Virus record (IMG/VR): IMGVR_UViG_3300028534_000019
Location: 31,091-95,090 of that record
Length of the DNA: 64,000 nt
Strand: one strand, 5' to 3'
Source: a virus
Lineage: Duplodnaviria > Heunggongvirae > Uroviricota > Caudoviricetes
Shown: positions 56,365 through 64,000 of the stretch, one piece after another
How the letters are laid out: the number at the start of each line of letters is the position of its first letter
Position numbering within the stretch: position 1 is the first letter of the stretch
Program-made: the position numbers and the translations under genes
Notes under the pieces: generated by a model
Database searches by the model: none
The model's input: the letters and a program-made list of their open reading frames with translations, nothing else
Told to the model about the DNA's origin: nothing

Positions 56365-57435
56365 ATGAATGATATAATGTATAATAAGAGTAATTTAAAC
56401 TCAACTAAAATTTTTTATAGAGCAGTAATAGAAAATAGAGTTGACCCTAAAAAACTTGGTAGATGTCAAGTTAGAATATTAGGAATACACTCCGAAGAAG
56501 CCACAGGAGATAAAGTTCCAAAGGAGAACCTACCTTGGGCTGAGTTGATAGGAAGCAACGGTTATAACGGAGGTATGAGTGGTATAGGTATTAGTGCTGT
56601 ACCTGAGCAAGGTTCTTGGGTATGGGTATTCTTAGAAGATGGTGATTGGAATAAACCTATTATAGTAGGTACAATATATGGTATATCATCAATGTTAAGC
56701 CCCGGCACTAACCCCGGTTTTCACGACCCTGATGTACAATTTCCTTATGCTGATAGACTTAATGAGCCTGATTTTAATAGATTAGCAAGAAATGAAAAAG
56801 TAAATGAAACAATAATTATTACAATCAAGGATGCTAATAGAGATAAATCAATACCAACATCAACTGGTAAATTATGGGATGAATTGAAAGAAACTACTAC
56901 TTTAGCAGAATACCCAAATAATAGAGTGATAGAAACAAGACACCATTCTTATATAGAACTTGATGATACTGATGGTAATGAAAGATACCATTATATTCAT
57001 AAAACAGGAACTTATAGAGAAATAGTAGAAACAGGTGATGAAACAAACAAAGTAATAAGAGATAAGTACCTAATAGTTGATAGAAATCTTAAAGAATTAA
57101 TAAAGGGTAATATGTGGACTACTGTTTATGGTGATAATGAAGATTATGTACAAGGTTATAGAGAGATACTTGTTTCAGATTATCAACACGAAATAGTTGA
57201 AAAACATCTTAAAGAAGAATATATGGACTATAAAGAAGAAGATGTGCATAAATATCTAAAAGAGCATTATCATAGCACCAAAGATGAAACAGTTGATGGT
57301 ATGCTAACAGAGAAATATAATAGTACAAAAACAGAAACAGTGTCAGGTTTAGTAAGTGAGAGTTATAATTCAGGACAAACAACAGATGGCGGGCCGTTTA
57401 TACAAATAACAGCAGGTGTTATAACTCTTAACTAA
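56365..57435 (+). CDS. baseplate central spike (gpV / gp5 N-terminal OB-fold family)
   Basis: AVIENRVDPKKLGRCQVRILGIH...LPWAELIG...GSWVWVFLEDGDWNKPIIVGTIYG matches the Phage_base_V/VgrG-like signature. Confidence 0.7.
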   Translation: MNDIMYNKSNLNSTKIFYRAVIENRVDPKKLGRCQVRILGIHSEEATGDKVPKENLPWAELIGSNGYNGGMSGIGISAVPEQGSWVWVFLEDGDWNKPIIVGTIYGISSMLSPGTNPGFHDPDVQFPYADRLNEPDFNRLARNEKVNETIIITIKDANRDKSIPTSTGKLWDELKETTTLAEYPNNRVIETRHHSYIELDDTDGNERYHYIHKTGTYREIVETGDETNKVIRDKYLIVDRNLKELIKGNMWTTVYGDNEDYVQGYREILVSDYQHEIVEKHLKEEYMDYKEEDVHKYLKEHYHSTKDETVDGMLTEKYNSTKTETVSGLVSESYNSGQTTDGGPFIQITAGVITLN

Positions 57436-57446
57436 AAGGATAAAAA

Positions 57447-58292
57447 ATGGAATTAAAAGTAAAAGATTTTATTATAGATAAAAATATACCATTAGCACTA
57501 ATAGAAAATCCTGTTAAGGCAACGGCTTGTGCTGTAAAAGGTATGAAATTATATGAAGAAAGTAAAATTTTAAAAAGTTTGTTTAATATAGGAAGAATAA
57601 AATTAAGAGTTTTAAAACCAATATTAGAAGGACTTTTATTAATTGAAACTGTTAAAAATTTATCAGTAGTATTACCAAGTCCAACTAAGATTACAGAAGT
57701 AAATGCTAATGCTAGTATAAATTTACCTGAATGTTTGGTTGGTAAAAAAGTAACAGCAGTTGCTAATAAAATAAATAATTCTACATCAAAAGCAAGTGTT
57801 AGTGTAGAAATTAAGAATAATATTGATATAATGTCAGTAACAGCAGAAGATTATATAAACAAAACTGTTTCAGGGATTGTTAATAGTGTATATTTACCAT
57901 TCTTTTATTTACTTGATGAGTATAGATGGTTTATTCAAAAAACTGAGTTTGCTAAACTTTATAAAGAATGGAAAGAAGATTATAGTTGTTTTGTTAATAA
58001 TTGCGAACCACTAAAAGATATTGTAACAGATGATTCTTATATGTGGGAAGATAATAGAAGTCAATTTATTTTACCAATTGATATTAATTCAGGAAAATTA
58101 AGACTTTGGAAGATATTAGGAAATCCTAGTGAAACAACAAAAGATAAATGTTATGAAATAGAAAAAGAATATTATGATTTTACACAAAAAAGAAAAGAAT
58201 TAGCTCAACAAGGTAAGAAAATATTATATGAAAAAGGAATACCTGATGAAATAAACCCTTTTATAGAACTAATAAATAAATATAAAATATAA
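57447..58292 (+). CDS. hypothetical baseplate-region protein
   Basis: 281-aa ORF between the spike and the gp25-like gene. Confidence 0.4.
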   Translation: MELKVKDFIIDKNIPLALIENPVKATACAVKGMKLYEESKILKSLFNIGRIKLRVLKPILEGLLLIETVKNLSVVLPSPTKITEVNANASINLPECLVGKKVTAVANKINNSTSKASVSVEIKNNIDIMSVTAEDYINKTVSGIVNSVYLPFFYLLDEYRWFIQKTEFAKLYKEWKEDYSCFVNNCEPLKDIVTDDSYMWEDNRSQFILPIDINSGKLRLWKILGNPSETTKDKCYEIEKEYYDFTQKRKELAQQGKKILYEKGIPDEINPFIELINKYKI

Positions 58293-58303
58293 TAGGGTAT
58301 AAT

Positions 58304-58654
58304 ATGAGATATGTTGATATTAATAATAATTTAAAGTTAGATAAAGATTATAAAGCAGTAGAAAATTCTGTACATAATATATTATCAACAAGAAAAGGTT
58401 CAGTGCCAGGAGTTCCAAATTTTGGAAGTAATTTATATTCTATTGTTTTCAATCAACTAGACCCAATTATAGAAACAACAATAAAAAATGAAATAGTAGA
58501 AGCATTAGAATATTGGGAACCGAGAATTGATATTAAACATATAAATATCATTGAAGATGAAGATTATAACAGACTAAAAGTGTTCATAGGTTATGAGATA
58601 TTATATGATGTAATACAAAAAGAATATGAATATCTGTTTGTAATTAACAAATAA
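58304..58654 (+). CDS. 25: baseplate wedge protein gp25 / GPW family
   Basis: NSVHNILSTRKGSVPGVPNFGSNLYSIVFNQLD...IVEALEYWEPRIDIK parallels T4 gp25 (IITTRKGSRPFDPEFGCDL...VRNYEPRID). Confidence 0.8.
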   Translation: MRYVDINNNLKLDKDYKAVENSVHNILSTRKGSVPGVPNFGSNLYSIVFNQLDPIIETTIKNEIVEALEYWEPRIDIKHINIIEDEDYNRLKVFIGYEILYDVIQKEYEYLFVINK

Positions 58655-58670
58655 GGATATGGAGAAATAA

Positions 58671-61600
58671 ATGAGTACAACTAGTGAAGAACTTTTAGAG
58701 ATAGTACCTTATGATTTAGAAGAAATTAAAAAAGAACTTAAAGATAGAGCAATATCTGATTTAGGAATGACTGATGCTCAATATGAGGGTTCAAATATTT
58801 CACAAATAATAGATATTATTGCTTATAATACATTAATTAATAATTATAATTTTACTTATGGTTTTAATGAAATGTTTATTACAAAAGCAAGAGATAAATC
58901 TAATGTAATTTCACACGCAAGGGCTTTGGGTTATATTAATAAAAGAAAAACATCTTATCAATATAAAATTAGATTAAAATCTAAAGTAGCTGGACAAGTA
59001 ACATTAGATAAATACACACCTTTTGAATCAGGTGGTAATCAATATGTTTATATGGGTGACCCTTTTACTGATTCTTTTGGTACTGAGATAATTATCTATT
59101 CTCTATATAATGAATATGAAAATGGTTTAACTCAAGATTTTTATAAAAATATTGTAAAAGATGATTATATTATTACTGAAGAGGGTGTTGTATTTAGACT
59201 TCTTGATAATACAGAAGAAGCAGAATATCCAAAAATGCTACTTGAACAAATTACAAAAGGTGAAGTAAAAGAGTTATCAGGTTTACCACAACAAATTTTT
59301 TATAAAGATAAAAGAACATCAAAATTAGTTCAATTCGGAACAGTTGATAGTTATCTAATTTCAGGTGATAAATTTCTAGTACAATATAATTCAGATTCTT
59401 ATAATAGATTAAATCCTTGGACTGTAAGTCCTTTAATAACAAATAGTTTTAAATTAATAGATGGTAAATTAACAGTTGATAATGACTTAAATTTTAATAA
59501 TCAGTCAGATTTTAAAATACAAAGTATAGTTGAAGTATTAGTTGATATTGAAGCAGATGGTAATTATGTTGTATATGATGTTAATTCTGTTACAATATCA
59601 GATGATAAAACAACAGTTTATTTCCCTACTGATAAGATGGCTGTAAGAGAAAATGTAAACTCAGCAAATATTCATTCATTGGGTGGTGATGCTTATTCTA
59701 TTGATACTCAATATATCATATATGATGAAGATTCAGTAACAGAATTAGAAATTATTATTGCTGGTTTAGAACCTCTAAGATTATATAAAAAAGGTTATGT
59801 AGTTGTTAATGATGATGATGATAAACTTAAAAGAGTTGCTTTAGACCCTATTAAAAATAGATTAACTGATGATTATATAGCACCTGAAATAAATACAACT
59901 TTGTATGTATTTGATAAACCAATTGTTGAAAGAGTTATAAGTGTAGATTTAGTAAAAATAACCAAAGCATCAGATGGTAGTGTAATATTTGTTCCTGATG
60001 ATAAAATAACATTATCTGATAATCAAATGATTATAGATGATTCAGTAGGTTTAGAAAAAGATGATGAAGTAGAAGTTAGTTATACTTTTTATACTAATGT
60101 TACTGAAGCAGATGTTTATGTTCATTACTTATATTCTTATAGTGATTTAGATGGTAAACATCTTAAAATAAGTATAGGTTATGATGAAAATAATGATGGA
60201 AGACCTGATGCTTTAATTTCTTTTTCAGATTTAAAACCTGAGCCCGGGATTAATTGGGAAGGTTTTCCTTTGTTTGATTGGCAAGAAGAAACAGAAATTC
60301 TTATATTTGATATTAGAACTTTGAATATAGATGACACATTAGTTAAACAATCTTTATATAAAGAAACTGGTTTACAAATACACGAATGTTTTACTACACC
60401 TTTTAGATTAACAAGATTTTCAAAGACACAACCTGAAGTAGATGCTTTAGGTAAAGTTACTTATCAAGATTTTGATAGTAGCACTTGTTTTGCTAGTACA
60501 AAAACTATACAAGAAAAATATGAATTTGAAGTTGTTGTTACTGAGGGTTCTATGGAAAGATATAGTGAATTAGATGATGAAGGTAACATTAAATATCCTG
60601 AATTAAGTGTTGTTATTACACCTGATATGGAACAATCAGGTTATTTTGTTATTTATGGTAAAGATATAGAACAAAATGGTATAGAAATGTTTATTGATGG
60701 TGTTAAGAAAAATGGTACACTTCATAACTCTAAACCTTGGTATCAAAGAAGTTCATTATTAGCTGAAAAGATAATTGAAGATAATACTTTTATTTCATTA
60801 CCTGATGCTGAATATCCTGATTATATCAAAATTTATACTAGATATGCTTCTTCAGGTATAGAAATTATGAGTGGAAACTTATGTAAATTGAATATACTTA
60901 AAACATCAGGTTCTAAGGGTTATACTAACCTTTTAATTTCTCCTAAAGATACTAGTATTTTTGATGCTGTTTATATTAATGAAGAAGCAAAAGTTCCTAA
61001 TATATTATTTGTAGAAGGAAGTGATGAAGAGAGTATTGATGAAATTAGAGAAAATGCTCCATTATTTAGTAATACAGCTAATAGAGCAGTAACTAAAAAA
61101 GATTATAAAACTATTTGTGAGGCTCAACCTTATGTTTATAATGCTCAGATTTGGGGTGGTGAAGAGATAAGACCTTGTCCTCATTTAGGAGAAGTTTATA
61201 TATCTATTATACCTTATTCAAGAACATTAGACTTGGTTAAAGATAATGATACTTATAAAATTGATACATCATTACCTGAAATGTTTTTTCCAACATATTA
61301 CCAAATAACAGGTAAGATTGAGGAAACATCAACTGAGAAAAATATAACTGATAAGAGTATTTTATTTAATATTTTAGATAATTATAAAGTAATTACAATA
61401 AAATTAAATTATGCTAAACCTGTATATATAGAAAGTAAAGTAACAATAGATTTACTTAAAAATAAACCGGGTAAATCAGTTAATGAAATTAGACAAGATT
61501 TGGTTAATGCTATTAGAAATTATTTTACTGAAAATGTAGAATTTTTTGAATCAACAATTTATAAATCAACTTTAGTTAAAAAACTTGATGAAGTTATAGG

Positions 61601-62429
61601 TGATTATTATGGTTTAAATGCTAATATTTCTTATTGGGTTAATATTTGGGCTGATGTAGTTAATACAACAAATGGTTCTTTTAGTTTCAGTCACACAAGA
61701 ACAGTGGATTATGATGAAACACACCAAGTAGCAACAGGTATTATACAAAGAATTAATAAATTTAATTTATATCTTGCTTATCCTATTGAACCTATGTTTA
61801 AACCAAATAAAGTTATAGATGGTAATTTGGTATATGGTGATTTGGATGTTGATGCTTTAACTAAGATAGGTGCTAGAGATGTTTTTTTAACTAATGATGA
61901 AATATATTTAGATTTAAACTATGCTCATATTAGAGCATTTGATAAAAATGATGTAGAAACAAGAGCATACCCAACTGAGGAAGACCAATTGATACAAATT
62001 CCTATTATGTGGAAAGTTCCTAATTATAATATAGGAAAAATGCTAACTATTTTACCTACTGAGGTAAAAGATAAATTAGGTTTAGAAAACCAAACAGGTT
62101 CAACATTAACAATAGATTTAGAATATAGAATAGGATGGTATAATATTTATAGAGATATTAAAATTATTGATGTTGTTATAGAACAATTAGATGAAAATAC
62201 AACAAGTTTTTTAGAAACTTCTTTTATAAATTATATTGTTATGAATCAAGTTGATGAATATATTTTAAAAACTTTCCCAGGAGAAAGTAGATGGGATTAT
62301 AAATCAACTATATTACCTAGAATGGCTTTTTTAGAAAGAATAAAATTAGATATTTTACCTCAATATGAAGATTTACAATTTGTTAGAAACACCTTTCCAA
62401 TAATTGAACAAGTAGAATTTATAGCATAA
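58671..62429 (+). CDS. large baseplate wedge protein (gp6/gpJ-like by position) with extensions
   Basis: 1252 aa. Lies directly after the W-like gene, as in the conserved V-W-J-I order. No motif verified. Confidence 0.45.
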   Translation: MSTTSEELLEIVPYDLEEIKKELKDRAISDLGMTDAQYEGSNISQIIDIIAYNTLINNYNFTYGFNEMFITKARDKSNVISHARALGYINKRKTSYQYKIRLKSKVAGQVTLDKYTPFESGGNQYVYMGDPFTDSFGTEIIIYSLYNEYENGLTQDFYKNIVKDDYIITEEGVVFRLLDNTEEAEYPKMLLEQITKGEVKELSGLPQQIFYKDKRTSKLVQFGTVDSYLISGDKFLVQYNSDSYNRLNPWTVSPLITNSFKLIDGKLTVDNDLNFNNQSDFKIQSIVEVLVDIEADGNYVVYDVNSVTISDDKTTVYFPTDKMAVRENVNSANIHSLGGDAYSIDTQYIIYDEDSVTELEIIIAGLEPLRLYKKGYVVVNDDDDKLKRVALDPIKNRLTDDYIAPEINTTLYVFDKPIVERVISVDLVKITKASDGSVIFVPDDKITLSDNQMIIDDSVGLEKDDEVEVSYTFYTNVTEADVYVHYLYSYSDLDGKHLKISIGYDENNDGRPDALISFSDLKPEPGINWEGFPLFDWQEETEILIFDIRTLNIDDTLVKQSLYKETGLQIHECFTTPFRLTRFSKTQPEVDALGKVTYQDFDSSTCFASTKTIQEKYEFEVVVTEGSMERYSELDDEGNIKYPELSVVITPDMEQSGYFVIYGKDIEQNGIEMFIDGVKKNGTLHNSKPWYQRSSLLAEKIIEDNTFISLPDAEYPDYIKIYTRYASSGIEIMSGNLCKLNILKTSGSKGYTNLLISPKDTSIFDAVYINEEAKVPNILFVEGSDEESIDEIRENAPLFSNTANRAVTKKDYKTICEAQPYVYNAQIWGGEEIRPCPHLGEVYISIIPYSRTLDLVKDNDTYKIDTSLPEMFFPTYYQITGKIEETSTEKNITDKSILFNILDNYKVITIKLNYAKPVYIESKVTIDLLKNKPGKSVNEIRQDLVNAIRNYFTENVEFFESTIYKSTLVKKLDEVIGDYYGLNANISYWVNIWADVVNTTNGSFSFSHTRTVDYDETHQVATGIIQRINKFNLYLAYPIEPMFKPNKVIDGNLVYGDLDVDALTKIGARDVFLTNDEIYLDLNYAHIRAFDKNDVETRAYPTEEDQLIQIPIMWKVPNYNIGKMLTILPTEVKDKLGLENQTGSTLTIDLEYRIGWYNIYRDIKIIDVVIEQLDENTTSFLETSFINYIVMNQVDEYILKTFPGESRWDYKSTILPRMAFLERIKLDILPQYEDLQFVRNTFPIIEQVEFIA

Positions 62430-62436
62430 TTTATGC

Positions 62437-62444
62437 TATAAATA
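62437..62444 (+). promoter_or_regulatory. TATAAATA late-promoter-like box within hairpin ATAGCATAA-tt-TATGCTAT
   Basis: Read in sequence. 20 nt upstream of the next structural ORF. Confidence 0.35.
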
Positions 62445-62463
62445 CTTTTAAAAAGAGGTTAAT

Positions 62464-64000
62464 ATGACTAATGATATATATCCACTTTTGGATGAAAGTC
62501 TAATAAATGAAAATATAGTAAATTATAATTTATTTAAAGATATATTAATGTCTTTTTTTAGAAATAATGCTAATATTGAAAATGTTATTAATAATCCTGT
62601 TTTACTTTATGACTTTGATTATCTAATTGAACAATATTATGATACTTTAGCTGGTGAAGATACAAATAAAATTAGAAAAGAACTATTTAAAATTAATATG
62701 GAAGAAATAAATGATGTTCTTGATAGTACATCACTTAATGATGATGTATTAGAACATTTTTATGATTTTTATAGAAGTATGGGTAAAGGTATTGATGATG
62801 TTAAATTAATTAATAACTTATCAAATGATATTAATTCTCAATATTTTAATACAGCTAGAATTTATAAAATGAAAAAAGGTACATATTTAGGATATGATTT
62901 TATATTTAGTCTTTTAGGAAAAACAGGTCTTGAACCATTATTTAAAGGTGCTGAATTAGAAATTAAAGAACTTGATGAACCTTTTAAATACCAAATTAAA
63001 TCACAAGTACCAAGAGAAATATTAAAAGATACATTGTTAAAAATAACACATCCTTGTGGTTTTGAATACAGTTTTGTTTCATATGATTATATTGGTTTTG
63101 ATGAATTTTATTCTTTTTATTATGAAACTTTTTATAACTCAATAATTTTTAAACAAAATGATGGTACAATAATATTCTCATTAGAGAAAGAGTCTGATTA
63201 TTCGACAAATTTAATTTCTAGTTATTATGATGGAATTAGAAATTTTAATGTTACTGATGATGAAGTTTATGGTACTTTGGTTGAAGTTTTATTCATAAAT
63301 AATTTTTATTTTAAAGAATTAATGGATAGAACAACTGAATTATTTTTAAAATTACAATATAATGAAATTTATACAGTACAAGAAGATTCTCCTATTGAAG
63401 TTAAAGATATATATGATGTTGGAACTAATTTAGAAATATTAATAACAAATATTGAGTTAATTAATATTGAAATTGGTGAATTATATTATGAAGTAGGAAA
63501 TAAAGAAAATTCTATTAATAATGGAAAATATCTTTTTAACTTTAAACTAAAAGAAGCAAAAACATTATATATAGTTGGACAAAATTCATTTAAAGTTAGA
63601 TATACAATAGCTGGTGATAGCCCTAATCAAGGGTGGTATTATGCTGATATACCTATTATAGACCCTGTTGTATCACAAGATAATAAAAAAGTTTATGAAG
63701 ATATTAATTTTACGAAAGAAGATATTCTAAAAGATTTTAATTATAATGGTGTTTATCTTAAAAAATTTGATACTACTAATTATTTTTTAATCAATAAAAC
63801 AGAAAACAATAAACTTGATTTGATTAGAGATGAATTATATTGGGATATGTTTATACATATTGGACTTTATACATCACAAACATTTTTATTAGAAGATATA
63901 TTTGAGCCAAAACCTAATGAAATTTGTAGAAAAGTACAAATAGGTATGGAAACTACTTATTATAAAGAAAAACTTAAAATAGGTGGTTTTAAAATTGGTT
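62464..64000 (+). CDS. baseplate/tail-fiber region protein, 5' partial (runs off window)
   Basis: ATG at 62464 after a gaggtt RBS. The frame is open to the window end and follows the J-like gene (I-like position). Confidence 0.5.
   Translation, partial: MTNDIYPLLDESLINENIVNYNLFKDILMSFFRNNANIENVINNPVLLYDFDYLIEQYYDTLAGEDTNKIRKELFKINMEEINDVLDSTSLNDDVLEHFYDFYRSMGKGIDDVKLINNLSNDINSQYFNTARIYKMKKGTYLGYDFIFSLLGKTGLEPLFKGAELEIKELDEPFKYQIKSQVPREILKDTLLKITHPCGFEYSFVSYDYIGFDEFYSFYYETFYNSIIFKQNDGTIIFSLEKESDYSTNLISSYYDGIRNFNVTDDEVYGTLVEVLFINNFYFKELMDRTTELFLKLQYNEIYTVQEDSPIEVKDIYDVGTNLEILITNIELINIEIGELYYEVGNKENSINNGKYLFNFKLKEAKTLYIVGQNSFKVRYTIAGDSPNQGWYYADIPIIDPVVSQDNKKVYEDINFTKEDILKDFNYNGVYLKKFDTTNYFLINKTENNKLDLIRDELYWDMFIHIGLYTSQTFLLEDIFEPKPNEICRKVQIGMETTYYKEKLKIGGFKIG

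Noticed and set aside
1-64000. Searched for CRISPR arrays, canonical tRNA genes, integrase/recombinase genes and reverse transcriptases
   Set aside because: No regularly spaced direct repeats with unique spacers were seen. No GC-rich about 75-nt islands other than the tmRNA. No tyrosine or serine recombinase or RT motifs (R..H..R..Y, YxDD) were recognised among the ORFs.

Overview
This 64 kb window is AT-rich (about 70% A+T) and almost entirely coding on the + strand. It looks like part of a large contractile-tailed phage (virion or prophage), probably of an epsilonproteobacterial (Campylobacterota) host. That host inference rests on an embedded tmRNA whose tag reading frame and 5' tag-leader resemble Campylobacter/Helicobacter ssrA as recalled from memory.

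Recognisable T4-like genes are scattered through the window:
- gp32 single-strand DNA-binding protein (1345-2358)
- RNase H (2382-3512)
- gp61 primase (3827-4873)
- gp17-like large terminase (12100-13872)
- a minus-strand block with gp15 tail completion protein and three tail-tube (gp19) family paralogues (44791-47935)
- a + strand tail/baseplate block (47965-64000): two paralogous chaperone-like proteins, a 1419-aa tape-measure protein with an internal VanY/M15 peptidase domain and three tandem-repeat arrays, a gpV/gp5-like spike, gp25/W, and a 1252-aa J-like wedge protein.

Between these modules lies a large accessory region. Four things in it stand out:
1. A phage-borne ribosome-rescue and tRNA-end toolkit: ssrA tmRNA (39452-39772) with a variant tag ANNTDYTGNTVLSA that lacks the host-type terminal ...AKAA ending, SmpB (16602-17051), a truncated class-II CCA/poly(A) nucleotidyltransferase and a metallophosphoesterase immediately upstream of the tmRNA, and a GatB/YqeY protein.
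2. Two Hsp70/DnaK genes (one followed directly by a J-domain protein). No GrpE was recognised.
3. A MoxR AAA+ ATPase paired with a VWA/HExxH (DUF2201-like) protein.
4. A strictly C-terminal peptide [KE]-Y-P-E-[IL]-x-F-stop recurring at the end of 7 otherwise unrelated proteins. Synonymous codon variation argues that the peptide, not the DNA, is conserved. I think this is a previously undescribed modular tag.

Other accessory genes: Sir2 translationally coupled to a DUF488-like gene, NADAR, Nudix, a MazG-like protein, two tandem nucleotidyltransferase-fold proteins, a ParM-like actin, an SPFH/band-7 protein, ThyX, dCMP deaminase, an NPPY DNA methyltransferase, a T5-type L-Ala-D-Glu endolysin, a radical-SAM protein and a ClpP-like protease.

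About 17 genes carry a conserved promoter module (gcTATAAT-nn-ACATATAAAA...AAAGGA...ATG), including the tmRNA. Two near-identical ~66-nt and ~38-nt copies of this module occur. T4-late-type TATAAATA boxes sit in front of structural and late genes, one of them as an 18-bp palindrome between divergent tail operons.

No CRISPR array, integrase or canonical tRNA gene was seen. The many short minus-strand ORFs in the six-frame track are artefacts of A/T-rich sequence.
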